A program made the translations under genes and the position numbers. The notes below the pieces were generated by a model, which did not search any database, was not told the DNA's origin, and saw only the letters and a list, made by a program, of their open reading frames with translations. 64,000 nt of DNA from the human T2T-CHM13v2.0 reference genome, Homo sapiens, in the NCBI RefSeq assembly GCF_009914755.1, contig NC_060930.1; one strand, given 5' to 3'. Numbering within the stretch: the first letter of the stretch is position 1; each line of letters opens with the position of its first letter. Positions 41,013-55,019 of the stretch are shown piece after piece.

Positions 41013-43060
41013 ATATAAATGTGCCAGGCGATGAAGGCTTGTTTGTTCTCTTGATTTTGATGCAGGATTCTTTGACTGGTCTGGCACACTAAAGACAAGC
41101 CAATTAAACAGAGAAACATAATTCCAAAATGTACTATAGTGGAGCCCCCAGTAGACTTAATCCAAGTCATGGGGTTTAGTCCAGAAAGATTTTCTGCCAC
41201 CCGATCTAATGCCTCAGCTCCAGGCAAAATGGATAAATAAGCTTGAGAGGCTTCAAAAATTTGTTTCTCTAGTTATGTCCAATGATAAGTTATCTTCCCT
41301 ACCCAGAAGGTGTCCTTTGACCATTTCCCATGAATGATCAGTCTCATTGTAGGAATACGGGGTGATACAGAAATCAGAAGTGTTCCAATCACACTGCATT
41401 TGCATGTGATGTTCAAGATTCACTACCTGATCTCAAAGCCAAATAACAGACTGTCTTAAATCATTAATTTGATTAGCCAATTTTTGATCAATGCCTTATT
41501 GAGAATTCCACACTTGGGAGGAATTGGCTTGCCAATTATTAAGAAAATGAGCCATTTGAATAGATCGATGTAATGCCATTCTGGCCATGGTGGCCATTGC
41601 AGTTACTGTAATTTGGCCCATGATCACAGTGATTAAAGTGAAAACAAATCTCTTGCATCTTTTTAGAATTTGCTGTAACACTTCATTAATTAAATGTGTC
41701 AAGGGGGAGGATTCCCAAGGTCTCAGCAAAGTTACCAGAATCCAAATTCCTTCTTGAGCTAGAACCAACATTACACTTTTCCTGGAGTCAAAATGAGAGT
41801 TAATACAAGTGTATAAATGACAATTAATGCATTGAACAGTTTGATTGTTTGTCCAAATTTTGATATTTCACACTAACAGCATGTAAGGAGGCTTAACACA
41901 ACTCTGTATGGGAACAGTCAGGTTGGAGGTAAGCAAAGCAGAATGTCTGAATCTGTGTTGATACTGAGAGAGGAGGATGGTAGCGGGGACAACAGACAGA
42001 ATAGTTTCCCCTTCCCATACTTGCAGTCCAGACATGACAATAGACAATTTCCAAAGTTCTGGGTGTTCTGGGCTCAAAATGGGGAATATCATATGAGGCC
42101 TTGGTGGGGTAATGCATTTATCTTCCCATTTTAAGGGAAAGAATGAGCTGAACCTCCTATGCAAAGTAGAATGATGATTCTCGTTCTCCCAATAAGAAAT
42201 AAAATAAGTAGCCTCCAGACATTCCCTTCCGCCAGAGGAGCAATTGTTTTTTAAATAGCCCTTTGATGCCCAGTCTATTACTAAACCATATGAGTCGTTT
42301 TTTAATATTACTGCATGTAAGTTAACACAATCTTCCCAAATTAAAGTTTTAGATGGGCCCTCAAAATTTTTAGGGCATGGTTTTCCTGCAGGTTTATATT
42401 GAAAGTATGGGGTATCTCCCATTACTTCCCCTTTCATTTGTTTTAAAGGAAAAAGGGAGAGGCTGGAGACCAAATGTCCTGGTTTCTCTGTAGCTGATCT
42501 CTCAGGAAGATAAGCAGCCCAGACTTGGGTTTCTAGATGGATACAACCAGGTGTATGTCTGAGCACAGAGGAGGGTATCTATAACCCGCAGTAACATTAA
42601 ATGCAGTGCCTTACTCTCCTGGTTGAGTGGGGCAATGGTCATCTGTAGCTCCAGGCATCCACACACTATCATTAGTGTAGATTTCTGCAGGAGCATCCAA
42701 CCAGGTGAGAGGTTGAATAAGTGGAGGAAAAGGCACATAAGCCCGATAAGAATAATTTTCTTTAGCAGGTAAATCAGTGTGAGAAGAAACTGGTGAGAGA
42801 GAAAGTATAAGGAGGAGAATCATTAAATAAAACCTAGTGTAAGCGAGATTCAGTGATGAAGGAGGAAGAGAAGAACAGAGGGATGTTATTTTCAGGCTAA
42901 TATAAATGGTGAGATTTTTAGGTTTGTAAGAGGAAAAAGAAAGGTAATTAGGAGAAGTGGGATTAGTTACATGGGTCTCCATTGCCATCAGGGAGGATTG
43001 AACCAGACCCAATTTGATTTGATGTGCCAGCTTCTGAGGAGTTGGCACAGATCTCACCAC
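41000..43060 (-). pseudogene. env: HML-8 env remnant (frameshifted)
   Basis: ORF pieces YVPFPPLIQPLTW.D, WEDCV, PELWKL, QSCVKPPYMLLV; furin-like KRCKRF plus fusion peptide; LSGLNPMTWIK. Confidence 0.9.
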
Positions 43061-45650
43061 GTCTGAGGGCAGTCTCTGATGTGGACGTCTTTTCCCTATG
43101 GTTTTTGTCGTCAGTATTCACACAAAGCTTGAGTCTCCTAGTGGGTATCCAGCTATGGGATTGATGATCTCTTGATGAAACACAAGCATATTCTCTCTCC
43201 CACGTTATAATTGTGCCAGGTTCCCAGGTATTAGTTTGGGAGTTTTTCCACAACACTGGCTTTCCTTCATTTAGGGAGAATTTTTTGCCTGTATAATGGC
43301 ATTTGGCTGCAGTTAGATTATTATCTTTAGGAACATTTAAAAAATTTAAAGTAAACAATGCCAAATGTAATTGGGAGTGGGGGGGGGGGTAGTTAAATTA
43401 TATTTTTGTTGTTCAGACTATTTGGATGATTGAGTTTTTAAGGTGCAATTGGCCTGTTCCACCACAGCCTGTCCCTGAGGATTGTAAGGGATTCCAGTAA
43501 TGTGGGGAATTCCTCACTCTTGCATAAATAAATCAAAAGCCTTACTAACATATCCAGGGGCATTGTCTGTCTTTATTTGATATGGAAGCCCCATAACTGC
43601 AAAGCAAGAATACAGATGTTTTTTAACATGGGCCATGCCTTCCCCTGGTTGGCAAATAGCCCAGATAAAACCTGGGAAAGTATCTACAGAAACATGCACA
43701 TATGAAAGTCTACAAAAGGAGCTAACATGAGTCACATCCATTTGCCATAAATCATTAGTAGTTAGGCCTCTGGAATTAATGCCAGTTTTCTGATTTGGAA
43801 GTACAAAAACCTGACACTGAGAACAGCTGTGAACAATAAGCTTAGCCTTTTTCCAGATAAGAGCAAATTTATCTTTTAATCCAGCAGCACTGACATGAGT
43901 GAGATTATGGAACTCCTGAGCTTCTTGGGTTGCAAAAGAGACCAAAGATTTGACTTTATGGTTACCGGCAGTCATGGGTCCTGGTAAAGTGGTATGAGAT
44001 CTAATATGTGTAATATAGAAAGGGTGTTTATGTTGGTGAACCACCTGTTGTAACCTTGAAAATCAAGAAGCCAATTCAGAATTATCAATATGTTTGATAG
44101 TAGTGGTTTCTATATTTTTAGTAGCATGTACGACATAAGCAGAATCACAGACAGTATTTAAAGGTTTGGGGAAATACTGTAAGGCAGTAATCACAGCAAT
44201 TAACTCCACCTTTTGAGCAGAAGTATAAGAGGTAGGAATAAGTTTGTCTGTAGGACCTACATAACCAGGATTCCATTGCTGGAGCCATCACTGAACACTG
44301 TAGCAGCCTCAGGAATGGGCTGGTCTTTGGTTAATCGAGGGACCACCCAAGAAGTCATTTTATAAAATCAAACAATTTGTTTTTTGGATAATGATTGTAA
44401 ATAACGCCAATAAAATCAGCCATGTGAATTTGCCACAATACGGAATGTTGAAAAGCGGCTTGAACTTTGGGCTGATTTAAAGGAACTACAATTAAATTCA
44501 GATCAAATCCAGAAATTTTAAGTATTCTACACCGAGCTTGTCCAATTAAGATGGCCAATTGGTCTAGATAAACAGACAAAGTTTTTGACAAAGAATGAGG
44601 AAGAAAATACCACTCCACTAAATCATTATGTTGAACTATTAGCCCAGTAGGGGAGTGCGATGAAGCAAAAACTAGAAGCTGAAAAGGTTGAGATGGCTGT
44701 ACTCTAGATAACTGGGTGGTCTGGATTCTTTCCTCTATGAATTCCAGTTCTAGTGAAGCCTCAGGGGTCAAAGTCCTGGGACTGTGGAGATTGGAATCTC
44801 CCTGCAGCATAGAAAACAAGTTAGACAGCACATAGGTCAGAATGCCTAAAGTAGGTCTTAAATAATTTTACCCAAAAGTTTTTGGAAGTTATTTAAAGTT
44901 TTCAAAAAATCTCTCCTAATTTGAACTTTTTGAGGTTGAATACGTTGTTTGTTGACCACCATTCCTAAATATTGAACAGGAGTGGTCTGTTGAATTTTAT
45001 CCTGAGCTATGTGTAATCCAGCCTCTGTAACACGGTGGCTCAAAATTTGATAACAGTCAATTAATTCTTTATCAGTGGGGGCAGCAATTAAAATATCATC
45101 AATATAATGAAGAATATAGGCCTGGGGAAACTGGGCTCAAACTGGCAAAAGCACTTGCCCAACATAAAGCTGGCAGATTGTAGGGCTATTTAGCATTCCT
45201 TGAGGAAGTACTTTCCATTGATAATGAGCTGCAGGCTCCTGATTATTGATAGATGGTACAGTAAAAGCAAATTTTTCACAATCTGATTTATGTAAAGCAA
45301 TATAAAACAACAATCTTTAAGATCAATAACTATGAGAGGCTAATTTTTAGGTATCAAAGCAGGGGCAGGCATGCTGGGTTGGATGGCCCCCATAGGTTTA
45401 ATTACAGCATTAATAGCCCTTAAATCAGTTACCATCCGCCACTTGCCTGATTTCTTTTTTACTAGAAACACAGGATAATTCCAGGGGGAAATAGAAGGTT
45501 CCACATTTCCAAGTTGTAACTGTCCAGAAACTAATTGAGTTAAAGCCTCCAGTTTTTCTTTAGAAAGCGGCTGCTACTGTATCAAAACAGGTGTGTCAGA
45601 TTTCCATTGTAAGGGTATAGGATTAGGAGGCATAGCAGCGGCCACCACTA
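42963..45650 (-). pseudogene. pol: HML-8 pol remnant (RT, RNase H, integrase; disrupted)
   Basis: YIDD at 45095-45106 and LPQGM; QYLGM; HIRSHT; integrase H-H-C-C, WQMDVTH and KTDNAPGY. Confidence 0.92.
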
Positions 45651-46450
45651 AAAAGGATAACGTAAACCAGCTCTGTCTTCTTTTACAGTAATTGGGAGGG
45701 GTTTAGTAATCCCTTCATGTTTTGGACTGAGGCTGAGTCCAGGAACAAACCCCAGGTTTTCCATCATATGCTGACTGGGAGCACTATAAGAGTTATCTGG
45801 AATATTAATTTCAGCCCCCCATTGTGCCAGTAAATCTCTACCCCAAAGATTAATGGGGATTGGCATGATATAAAGCTGAATTTTACCCTTTTGCCCATCA
45901 GGGCCAGTGCAAGGCAAGATAAATGTACTCTCATAAACTTCCTTGGCTTTTCCAACACCTACTAGTCCCATGTTAGCTGGATGTTTAAGCCAGGAGGAAG
46001 GCCATAAACTAGAGGAAATAATAGAAACATCAGCCCCAGTATCTACTAGGCCCTCAAACATTTTCCTTAAATGTGTATGGTGCAAGTGGGCTGTTTTTTA
46101 GAAATTACATTAATCCAATAAGTGGCTTTTTCATCACTGGAGCCCATCCCAGGGCCACATGTCTTATCTCCTTTGTTTAAAACAATATTAGGTAGTAAAA
46201 GCAATTGACCAATTAACTCACCGGCCAGAATGGAAACAGGAAACTTGGCAGGCATGATTAATTTAATCTCATCAATGGAATCAGAATTAATGAGACCAGT
46301 ATGAATGGTGATTCCTTTAGCAGAGGTGGATGCCCTACCTAACACCAGGCCCACCGAACCTTAAGGTAAAGGGCCAGTGACCCCCATGGGGACAATTAAA
46401 GGCAAAGAGGTAGTAAATTTAGAGGAATAGTACTACAGAGATTGACCACC
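45648..46450 (-). pseudogene. pro: HML-8 pro remnant (dUTPase + aspartic protease + G-patch)
   Basis: dUTPase-like GLVLGR..HTGLINSD; protease GLVDTGAD and NLWGRDLL. Confidence 0.92.
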
Positions 46451-46457
46451 CTGCCCC

Positions 46458-48541
46458 CTACTGTGGAGGTGGACAAGCATTGTACTGAGATGGAAGGAGA
46501 GGATGGGACCCATCTGGGTTGGCTGTAGGTAAATTTATTTGTGCTGGGGGCTGCATTGGGACCGCCTGAAGTGGAAACGCAATGTTGGTCTGAGTCTGAA
46601 GCATCCCATTTGATATTAGGTCCTGGGACTGGCCCCGCTCCCCATTTCCCTGGTTTTGTGGCAGGGGGTTTCCATCTATATCATACTTAGAGTGGTACTT
46701 GCCCAATGTTTACCTTTGCAACAATGTGGGCAAACAGTAGCAGTAGCATTTGGCTGTGTTTGTTGAGCCGGCTTGGCTGCTTTTAAGTTTTTAACAGTGC
46801 AATTTTTCCAAGTATGACCAAGTTGACCACAATTACAGCAGGCTCCAAGAAAAGAATTAGTGGGGCCAGTTTGATTGGTGTCCTTCATGGCCCGTGCCCA
46901 CAGAATAGCTTTGTGGATGTCTGATCCAATGCCTTCACAAGCTTTAATATATGTAGGCAACACCTCGTGATCAGGTAAATTTTGTCGTTGGATGGAATGC
47001 ATGGCCATTTTACACTCATGGTTTGCATTTTCAAAAGCTAACATACGAGGGAGAATACCTTGAGCATGCTCATCAGAGACAGAGTTTTCAACAGCGTCTT
47101 GTAATTTAGCTAAAAAATCAGGGTATAATTCAGCATGACCTTGTTTAACCATAGTAAAAGAAACAGGAGCTTGGCCTGGGGCATGTAATTTATCCCAAGC
47201 TCTCATACACACCTTTGTTACTTGTTTTGTGGTAAGAGCATCAAAGTTTAATGGGGCATAAGTATTAGAGAAACTATTGGAGCCTGTGAGCTGAGCCTAA
47301 GTGATTAGAATGCCATTAGTCCAATTTAGCTGAGCCTGCAGACAGGCCTCCTCTGACCACCAGGTACAAAACTGTAAATGCTGAGACGGGGTTAGAACAG
47401 CTTTTGCCAAAAGGTCCCAGTCTAAAGGAAGCAAAATGACCTCAGTACAAAAAGTTTGTAATACCATTTTAACATAAGGAGAAGTAGGGCCATACTGAGT
47501 ACAAGCATCCTTAAATTCTTTTAAAAAGGTAAGATTGAGAGGTACATAATGATGCATTTGTACCCCTTGGAAGTTGAGAGGTTCTAGTGCGACCAGATAA
47601 TCCCATGCATCTAATCCACTTGTTTCTTTGTTTTGGCATAATAAGTGTTGCATTGAAGTTTCAAGAGTAGGCATCTGAGACAGAGTTGGCATAGAAGTGA
47701 CAGGAAAAGCATGTGTAGATAAGGGAAACTAAGGGTGAGGGAGTCAGACCGGAATGAGAGTGTAAGAAAGGGGTGTTGGGAGAGCAGAAGTATACTGGTG
47801 GTTACTGGCGTCCATGTGTGAAGAAGGGTACAGAGAAGCAGGCTGAATGAATGGCAAAGTGACTGGTTGAGGAACCGAAAGGACAGGAGGGTGAGGGGCT
47901 GAAGTGGATGGGGGAGGGCCTGAAGAATTATAGGTACATTGTAGTTTGGTCCCGGAGCCAGCAGGTGACTCCAGAGGTTTGAAGAGAGAAGAATTAGTGT
48001 ATATATGGTCCCAGGCTGTCTGAGTCGGGGCCGTGGGAGCCACAAATACCAGCTCTTCATGAAAAGAAATAAGATCATTAGGGGGTGACTGTAATCCAGA
48101 GTCACCAGAGTTAGACTTTGAATTCTCAACATTGTCAGGTGGGGGAGGAGTAGCCAAAGGGAGAGGCTGATCAGATAATGAAAGCCATGAGGCAGAGGAA
48201 GGTTGGGGAAGAGGTGGAGGGTCATCAGATTCAGAAAACTGTGGTAACTGTAGGGGGTCACAGGATTGGTATGTCATTAGGACAGCACGTACCAAGGCCC
48301 AGTCACCCCAAACAGTGGCAGGAACATAATTCCCTGTGGAGACCAGTTCCCGGAATATTGCACCAACATGATCCCACAGTTGTACATCTAAGATTCCTTT
48401 TTCAGGAAACCAAGGACAGTGTTCTTCCACTGCCCTGAATAGAGTGACCATATTTTCCATAGTTACTGGGACACCACCCTGTTTTAACAGGAGTTTAATA
48501 TAGCAGAGATAAGTATAATGTTTAGACTCCATGTGACCCAT
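46458..48541 (-). pseudogene. gag: HML-8 gag remnant (frameshifted)
   Basis: MGHMESKH..CPWFPEKG matrix; YGPTSPY capsid; MHR VKQG..E.YPDF.AKL; zinc knuckles CCNCGQLGH..NC and CPHCCKGKHW. Confidence 0.92.
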
Positions 48542-48678
48542 AGTTAACCCAGACCATACACAGACTACTCACCAGTCATCAGGGAGTCGAACAAGTGTTT
48601 CTGTAGACCTAACTGATGACATTTCTCTGCACCTACCAAAGGGAATTGGATTCCCACATGCACTTGGGAAAAAAGAAA

Positions 48679-48696
48679 GACTATGTTGGAGTGCCA
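48679..48696 (-). other. Degenerate primer-binding site (tRNA-Lys type)
   Basis: TGGCACTCCAACATAGTC, 2 nt downstream of the 5' LTR; compare the canonical TGGCGCCCAACGTGGGGC. Confidence 0.7.
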
Positions 48697-48698
48697 GA

Positions 48699-49783
48699 TA
48701 TTGGGGGAACTAGCCCCCAATATTTCAATGTAGGTTCTTTTCTATTTTCCCTAAGTGTCAGCTGGTCTGTGAATAAAGGGAAAGAGTACAAAAGAGAGAA
48801 ATTTTAAGGCTGGGTGTCCGGGGGACACATCATATGTTGGCAGGTTCTGTGATGCCCCCTGAGCTGCAAAACCAGCAAGTTTTTATTATGGATTTCAAAA
48901 GAGGAGGGGTGTATGAATAGGGTGTGGGTCACAGAGATCACATGCTTCAACGGCAATAAAAGATCACAAGGCAAATGGGGGCAGAGTGAGATCACAGGAC
49001 CAGGGCAAAATTAGATTGCTGATGAAGTTTCATGTCCCAGTGGGCACGCACTGCCATTGATAACATCTTATCAGGAGACAGGGTTTGAGAGCAGATAACC
49101 GGTCTGACTAAAATTTACTAGGCAGGAATTTCCTAATCCTAATAAGCCTGGGGGCACTACAGGAGACTGGTGTTTATTTCATCCCTTATCAACAACCTTA
49201 TAAGACAGACTCTCCCAGAGTGGCCATTTTAGAGACCTCCCCCTGGGAAATGCATTCTCTTTCTCAGAGCTGTTCCTTGCTGAGAAAAAGAATTCAGCAA
49301 TATTTCTTCTCCTATTTGCTTTTGTAAGAAGAGAAATCTGACTCTGTTCTGTCCAGCCCAGCAGGCAGTCAGGCCCAATGTTTATCTTCCTTGTTCCCTG
49401 AAAATCACAGCCATCCTGTTCCTTTTGGATGCCCAGATTTCAGATTGTTCAAACACACATGCTTTATGAACAATTTGTGCAGTTAACACAATCATCACAG
49501 GATCCTGAGGCAACATACATCCTCAGCTTACAAAGATGATGGGATTAAGAGATTAAAATAAAGACAGGCATAGGAAATTATAAGAGGATTGATTGGGAAA
49601 GTGATAAATGTACATGAAATCTTCACAATTTATGTTCAGAGATTGCAGTAAAGACAGGCATAAGAAATTAAAGAAGTATTAATTTGGGGAACTAATAAAT
49701 GTCCATGAAATCTTCACAATTTATGTTCTTCTGCCATGGCTTCAGCCAGTCCCTCTGTTCGGGGTCCCTGACTTCCTGCAACA
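48699..49783 (-). mobile_element. 5' LTR (MER11A-type), intact, 1085 bp
   Basis: TGTTGCAGGAAGTCAGGGACCCC .. TTCCCCCAATA, with internal AATAAA. Confidence 0.95.
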
Positions 49784-50081
49784 GGCATGATCTGACTGGA
49801 TCTTGGAATGATTTGATGCCAGGAGGCACTCTCTGACTAGATCATGTCATGGGGTGATGCCAGGGTTCATGATAATGGATCATGTCATGAAGGTGACTAC
49901 TTCTTAATTCAGTCCCTGTTCCTTCATCTGAGCACCTAGGTTCCACTGCTGGTGGCATGCCTTTTTCATCTGGGTTTGCTCAGGTTACATAACTTGAAAC
50001 ATGGGGATTCATGGCAACTGAAAAAAACTCATCATTTTATTACACAAACTTGAACCAGATTGGGCTGCTTCTGTGGTTACA
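49784..50081 (-). mobile_element. LTR47-like solo LTR, right piece
   Basis: Minus strand starts TGTAACCACAGAAGCAGCCCAATCTGGTTCAA..CAGTTGCCATG..GGGACTGAATTAAGAAG. Confidence 0.7.
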
Positions 50082-50146
50082 GAATCAAACACATTGGATG
50101 TTCACTCTGTGGTTACAGAATCAAACACACTGGATGTTCACTCTGT
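50070..50146. repeat. 36-bp tandem duplication spanning the LTR47/Blackjack junction
   Basis: TCTGTGGTTACAGAATCAAACACA(T/C)TGGATGTTCAC x2, plus TCTGT. Confidence 0.95.
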
Positions 50147-51250
50147 TGAAGATGAAATATTTGACAATATTATGATTGCTATTGTAAATTTGGTGAACAT
50201 GTTCAAAATTGAAGATAAATTCGTTTTTGTGGTGATGATAGGAATGTGCATTTTGGTGCACTACATTATCATGGTACCAGCAACATTCCTGCTAAATTAA
50301 GAAATTCATGAATCAAAAATGAACTTGGAATTGACATTTCTGAACACATAGTTCATAATTGCATTTGAATAAGCTGCAATTGTCTACTGACCAAACAAAC
50401 AGCTGTAGTTGGCAAAATTTAAAAATATTTTTATATATAAACTAGTAACACCTATACACAATACTGTAGCATAACAGACATACTTTCTCTCTTTGCTATT
50501 CTTATCAGATTTTAAAAATATTTGACTTTACAAAACTTTTTGTTAAACTTCCTGTTTGTGAGCCTTGTAAATATTTATTGAATTTTGCTTGAAATCAATT
50601 GAAAATCTTTAATCAAAATACTCAGTTATGTAGGGTGTTAAAAATTTTAACTTTTGAATATTTTAGCAAATTGTGATTACTAAACACTAAGCTTACAAAT
50701 AGGAAGGCTTTGAAATCTCTACTTACAAAATCAAGAGAAGAACTCAACAAATAGACAATGAGAGGACAGAATTTGCAGAAGGTCTAATTTTGAAATTCTA
50801 AAATTATGGTTTGGAATCTTGATTGTAGGAAGATTTTTTTGATGGAGCATTTATGTGTAATTAGACAAATGTAGATTCTGTGCCTTGTTAAAATGTAGCA
50901 CCTAACTTTAGCAATATTTTTAAAGGAATTATAAATATAAATAACATTAGTAAATTTTACGGTAAAAACATTTGTTGAAGAGAGATACTTTGAACAGAGG
51001 AAAGACTACCTATAAAAATACTTGGGCTGAAATATTTACACAATTTAAACAAAAATTTGAATTGGAAATATTCTTCACTTTGCAGAATTTTCACTGAGTT
51101 TACCAGGTACATCAATAATTGTAGAGAGATAATTTTCATGATTAAAAATATTTTGGGATGCTGAAAAGAGTCAATTGAGAGTATCAACATATGAAAAAAT
51201 TAATTATATAATTCAACCCTGATCAAATTAGAAGGCAAAATGTATTAAAA
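50082..51250 (+). mobile_element. Blackjack fossil, piece 3 (transposase core, decayed)
   Basis: TGCTATTGTAAAT..TTGAAGATAAA..TTTTGTGGTGAT..ACACATAGTTCATAATTGCATT. Right boundary is approximate. Confidence 0.6.
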
Positions 51251-52401
51251 ATTTAAATAACCTTTTTAAAAATACATTATTTTAAAAAATACCTATGACA
51301 TTATATTTGGTACACATGAGGTCAGAAAACTAATTAAAGTAGATGAATGTATACCAAGCTTAAAATTGCTTATAATCAATATAAAGACTTTATCTTGTTT
51401 TAATACACATTGATACACAAAGATATATAGCATTTTAATTTTTATAAAATGTTTTATCCAAAAATTTGCTTTTGACAGAATCATTCTGGTAAATGAAGCC
51501 ATTACTTGTGTCAAATGGAGTGACTGTTTTAATAGAACTGTTCTTTTTTTAATAGAATCATTGTATAAGTATGCCAAGAAAATAAAACTAATCGTCATTC
51601 TCTATGTAAATATCCCCAAAGTGTATAATTTTCTTATTGCATTATTTCTTGTGCCCCTTTTTACTCTCAAAATTTTCTACTTCAGACATTAAGTTCTATC
51701 TTCACTGGCAAACCTACTTGACAGAGATCTAGCCTAGATTGCTGTATTGCTTTTGTTCTTATGGGATATATTAACTTCCCTGTAATTATTGTGACATGAT
51801 TACCATGGCAGTTTTACAATCCAGCTTCTGCTTTTTTTTTAAATTAAACCACAAAAACCGACTTGTCTGTGTCTCATTTGTCTATATAACCTATTTTCCA
51901 GCCTTTGATCCCTGACCACATTTCCAATTTAAATGTTAAAGGAGGTAGTAATGAAATCTCTAGACTGTAAAACCGTCATTCTCCATATACCTTCACTTCA
52001 AATATTCTTGAGGCTCAAAAATAATCTCAAGGCACTCATTTTCTCCCAGGGTATGTAGAATGAAACTGCGATACATTCCAGATTGTGTTCTCGTAAGCAT
52101 ACAATATCATGACAGATATCTCCGGGGATTATTAACAAGAGGACACTGATAGTACTCCTATAGCCGGAGAAATGTAAAGAAGAGATGGTGTTACCAGAAC
52201 CCGAAACCAGGAAAAACTAGACCAAAGGAGGGTGAAGGTGCTCAATGAAAACTAAAATGTTAAGAGAGATGCAGCTGCTGAAAGGAAACGAAGCCACTTA
52301 AAGCAGATTTATGGGGCGGGAGAAATAACCTGGTTTTTCTCACCTCCAGCCTTCTAATTATCTTCCAGTGTCCTCTTTGGTCAAAGCTACCACCTGTGTG
52401 T

Positions 52402-52477
52402 ACATGCATTGTATACAAAGATTATTTGCCTGTACACACAGATCTACACAGAGATAACCTTTGTACATAATGCATGT
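52402..52477. repeat. 76-nt imperfect inverted repeat (hairpin)
   Basis: Arms 52402-52425 and 52454-52477 match at 21/24 positions as reverse complements. Confidence 0.85.
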
Positions 52478-52678
52478 TCCCAAAGATAAGATTGGGTCTC
52501 CTCAATGGTCACCATATTTATAGTAAAATATGGCACATGAATATAACTGTCTGGCAACTCCACGTAGTACAGAACAACAGTTACTGATTGTCAACAATGA
52601 AAGTATAATAGCCAACCACTTTATTCAGAGGCCTTCACTCAGAATCTACTTATTTACTCTAATTTTGCACAAAATTAC

Positions 52679-52780
52679 CCTGTGTGCTAATTGAAAGCCG
52701 ACAAGATTAGCAATTTAGTGAGGTAAAATGGACTGTCAGGTGTAGGCAAAGACAGATCCAAAGTTGGAATATTTAGCAAT
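52679..52780 (-). pseudogene. Putative exon (102 nt, phase 2->2): LLNIPTLDLSLPTPDSPFYLTKLLILSAFN*HT
   Basis: Very strong acceptor ttttttttttctgttctcctcattgttag|A and donor AGG|gtaatt. PTLDLS resembles the start of the CPED1 cadherin-like region (PHLELN, recalled). Confidence 0.55.
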
Positions 52781-53215
52781 CTAACAATGAGGAGAACAGA
52801 AAAAAAAAACAAACAGTAAAATTCAGACAAAATTATTTTAAAGTTTTTCTGTGGTTGTTTAATACAGAAAAACCATCTATTAGACACAACTTGAGAGCCC
52901 CTGAGGGCATGCCCCTGAAGCTGGAAATCTTGGCATTTATTGATGTTGTTAAAGGTGAACATGAATCACTAAGAAAAGGTTAAATTATTCACAATATCAG
53001 CTGTTGAAATGGGGAGAATATATAAATGTTATACAGATCTGTAGACTCAAGTAATGCCTGACCCCAGTTGAAAAACTAATTATTTTGAATTATTCATAAC
53101 ATCTTAACACAATATATGTGGTATATTAGAGTAAGATATATAAAAACACTAAATGTGAACAAGAAAAGTTACTGTGAACAAGAAAAACAGAGGAAATGCT
53201 GTGTTAGCTTCCCTT

Positions 53216-53217
<2 letters not shown>

Positions 53218-53252
<35 letters not shown>
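53218..53252. repeat. (AC)17 microsatellite
   Basis: Direct observation. Confidence 0.97.
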
Positions 53253-53253
<1 letters not shown>

Positions 53254-53854
53254 CTTATAATAAAGAATCCAAAGGTAACATTAATCTATTCCACAAATAT
53301 TTATTGAGCACAAAATTTTCAGACAAATTTTGAATATGTTTTCTTTGCTTAAAAGTGACTTAGTTTCAAAAAATCATCTCAGAGGGTAATTATAAAAAGC
53401 TGAAATAGCTAGATGCATTTTTAATTATATCATTTATTTTAGATTGTCTTGGATATATGTAACTGGTTACATGCATAAGCCTGACATTTTACTTTGCTTA
53501 TTTACTGATATTAAAATAGTTCATTGGGGACATATTTTTTAACTGAATAGATTACATTTTAAAAATATGGGACATTTGGCAAGGATGTCAGATAATTTAA
53601 AAAAGAAGAGAGATGAAACTAGTATTTGCATATTATGGCTAAAATATCTACAATGTTCATAAAAAGATATTTTTGTGAAGATTTTTGAAAAACTAGAATA
53701 GAAAGTCAGATGAGAGGTAACACTAGAGGTTGAGTTCCTACCCCCATACCTGCCACCAACCTTACCACCCAAAATAATTTGTAAAATTATTTTGTATTCC
53801 TCTGCATATTTCTGGAGAGAAAGCTCTTAGCTTCCATTAAATAGAAACCCTCCA

Positions 53855-54279
<425 letters not shown>

Positions 54280-54603
54280 TTATATGTTTTAATGTGTTTA
54301 TAAATGATTAAATTCTCACCATTATTTCCCCCAATGTCTAGGCAAGTTTTAGTGAGTGACAAAAGCAATTACAATCATTTTAATGTTCTTATGTCATATT
54401 TGCTATTGGATATAAAATTCCAATGAGCTAAAATTCAGTGTAGCCCTTAGGGGAGGGATATAAAAAAAAGACAGCTCTTCATTTGTAAAAGTTAAATGGT
54501 GGAAAATGGAATGGCATTTTTAATAACGTATAATGTAACCAATGAGTAAGCAGAGATATTTATCGTCTCACAGAAAAGTATATTTTATATGTTAAGTTTA
54601 TAC

Positions 54604-54660
54604 CTATCCTGAATAGTCTCAAATCACTAAACGTGAAAAAAAGTAAATTTCTGAAAGGGC
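54604..54660 (-). pseudogene. Possible exon (57 nt, phase 1->1): PFRNLLFFTFSDLRLFRI
   Basis: gatttctttatttaag|GC .. TAG|gtataa. One frame is open; neighbouring exons are not resolved. Confidence 0.35.
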
Positions 54661-54679
54661 CTTAAATAAAGAAATCATA

Positions 54680-55019
<340 letters not shown>

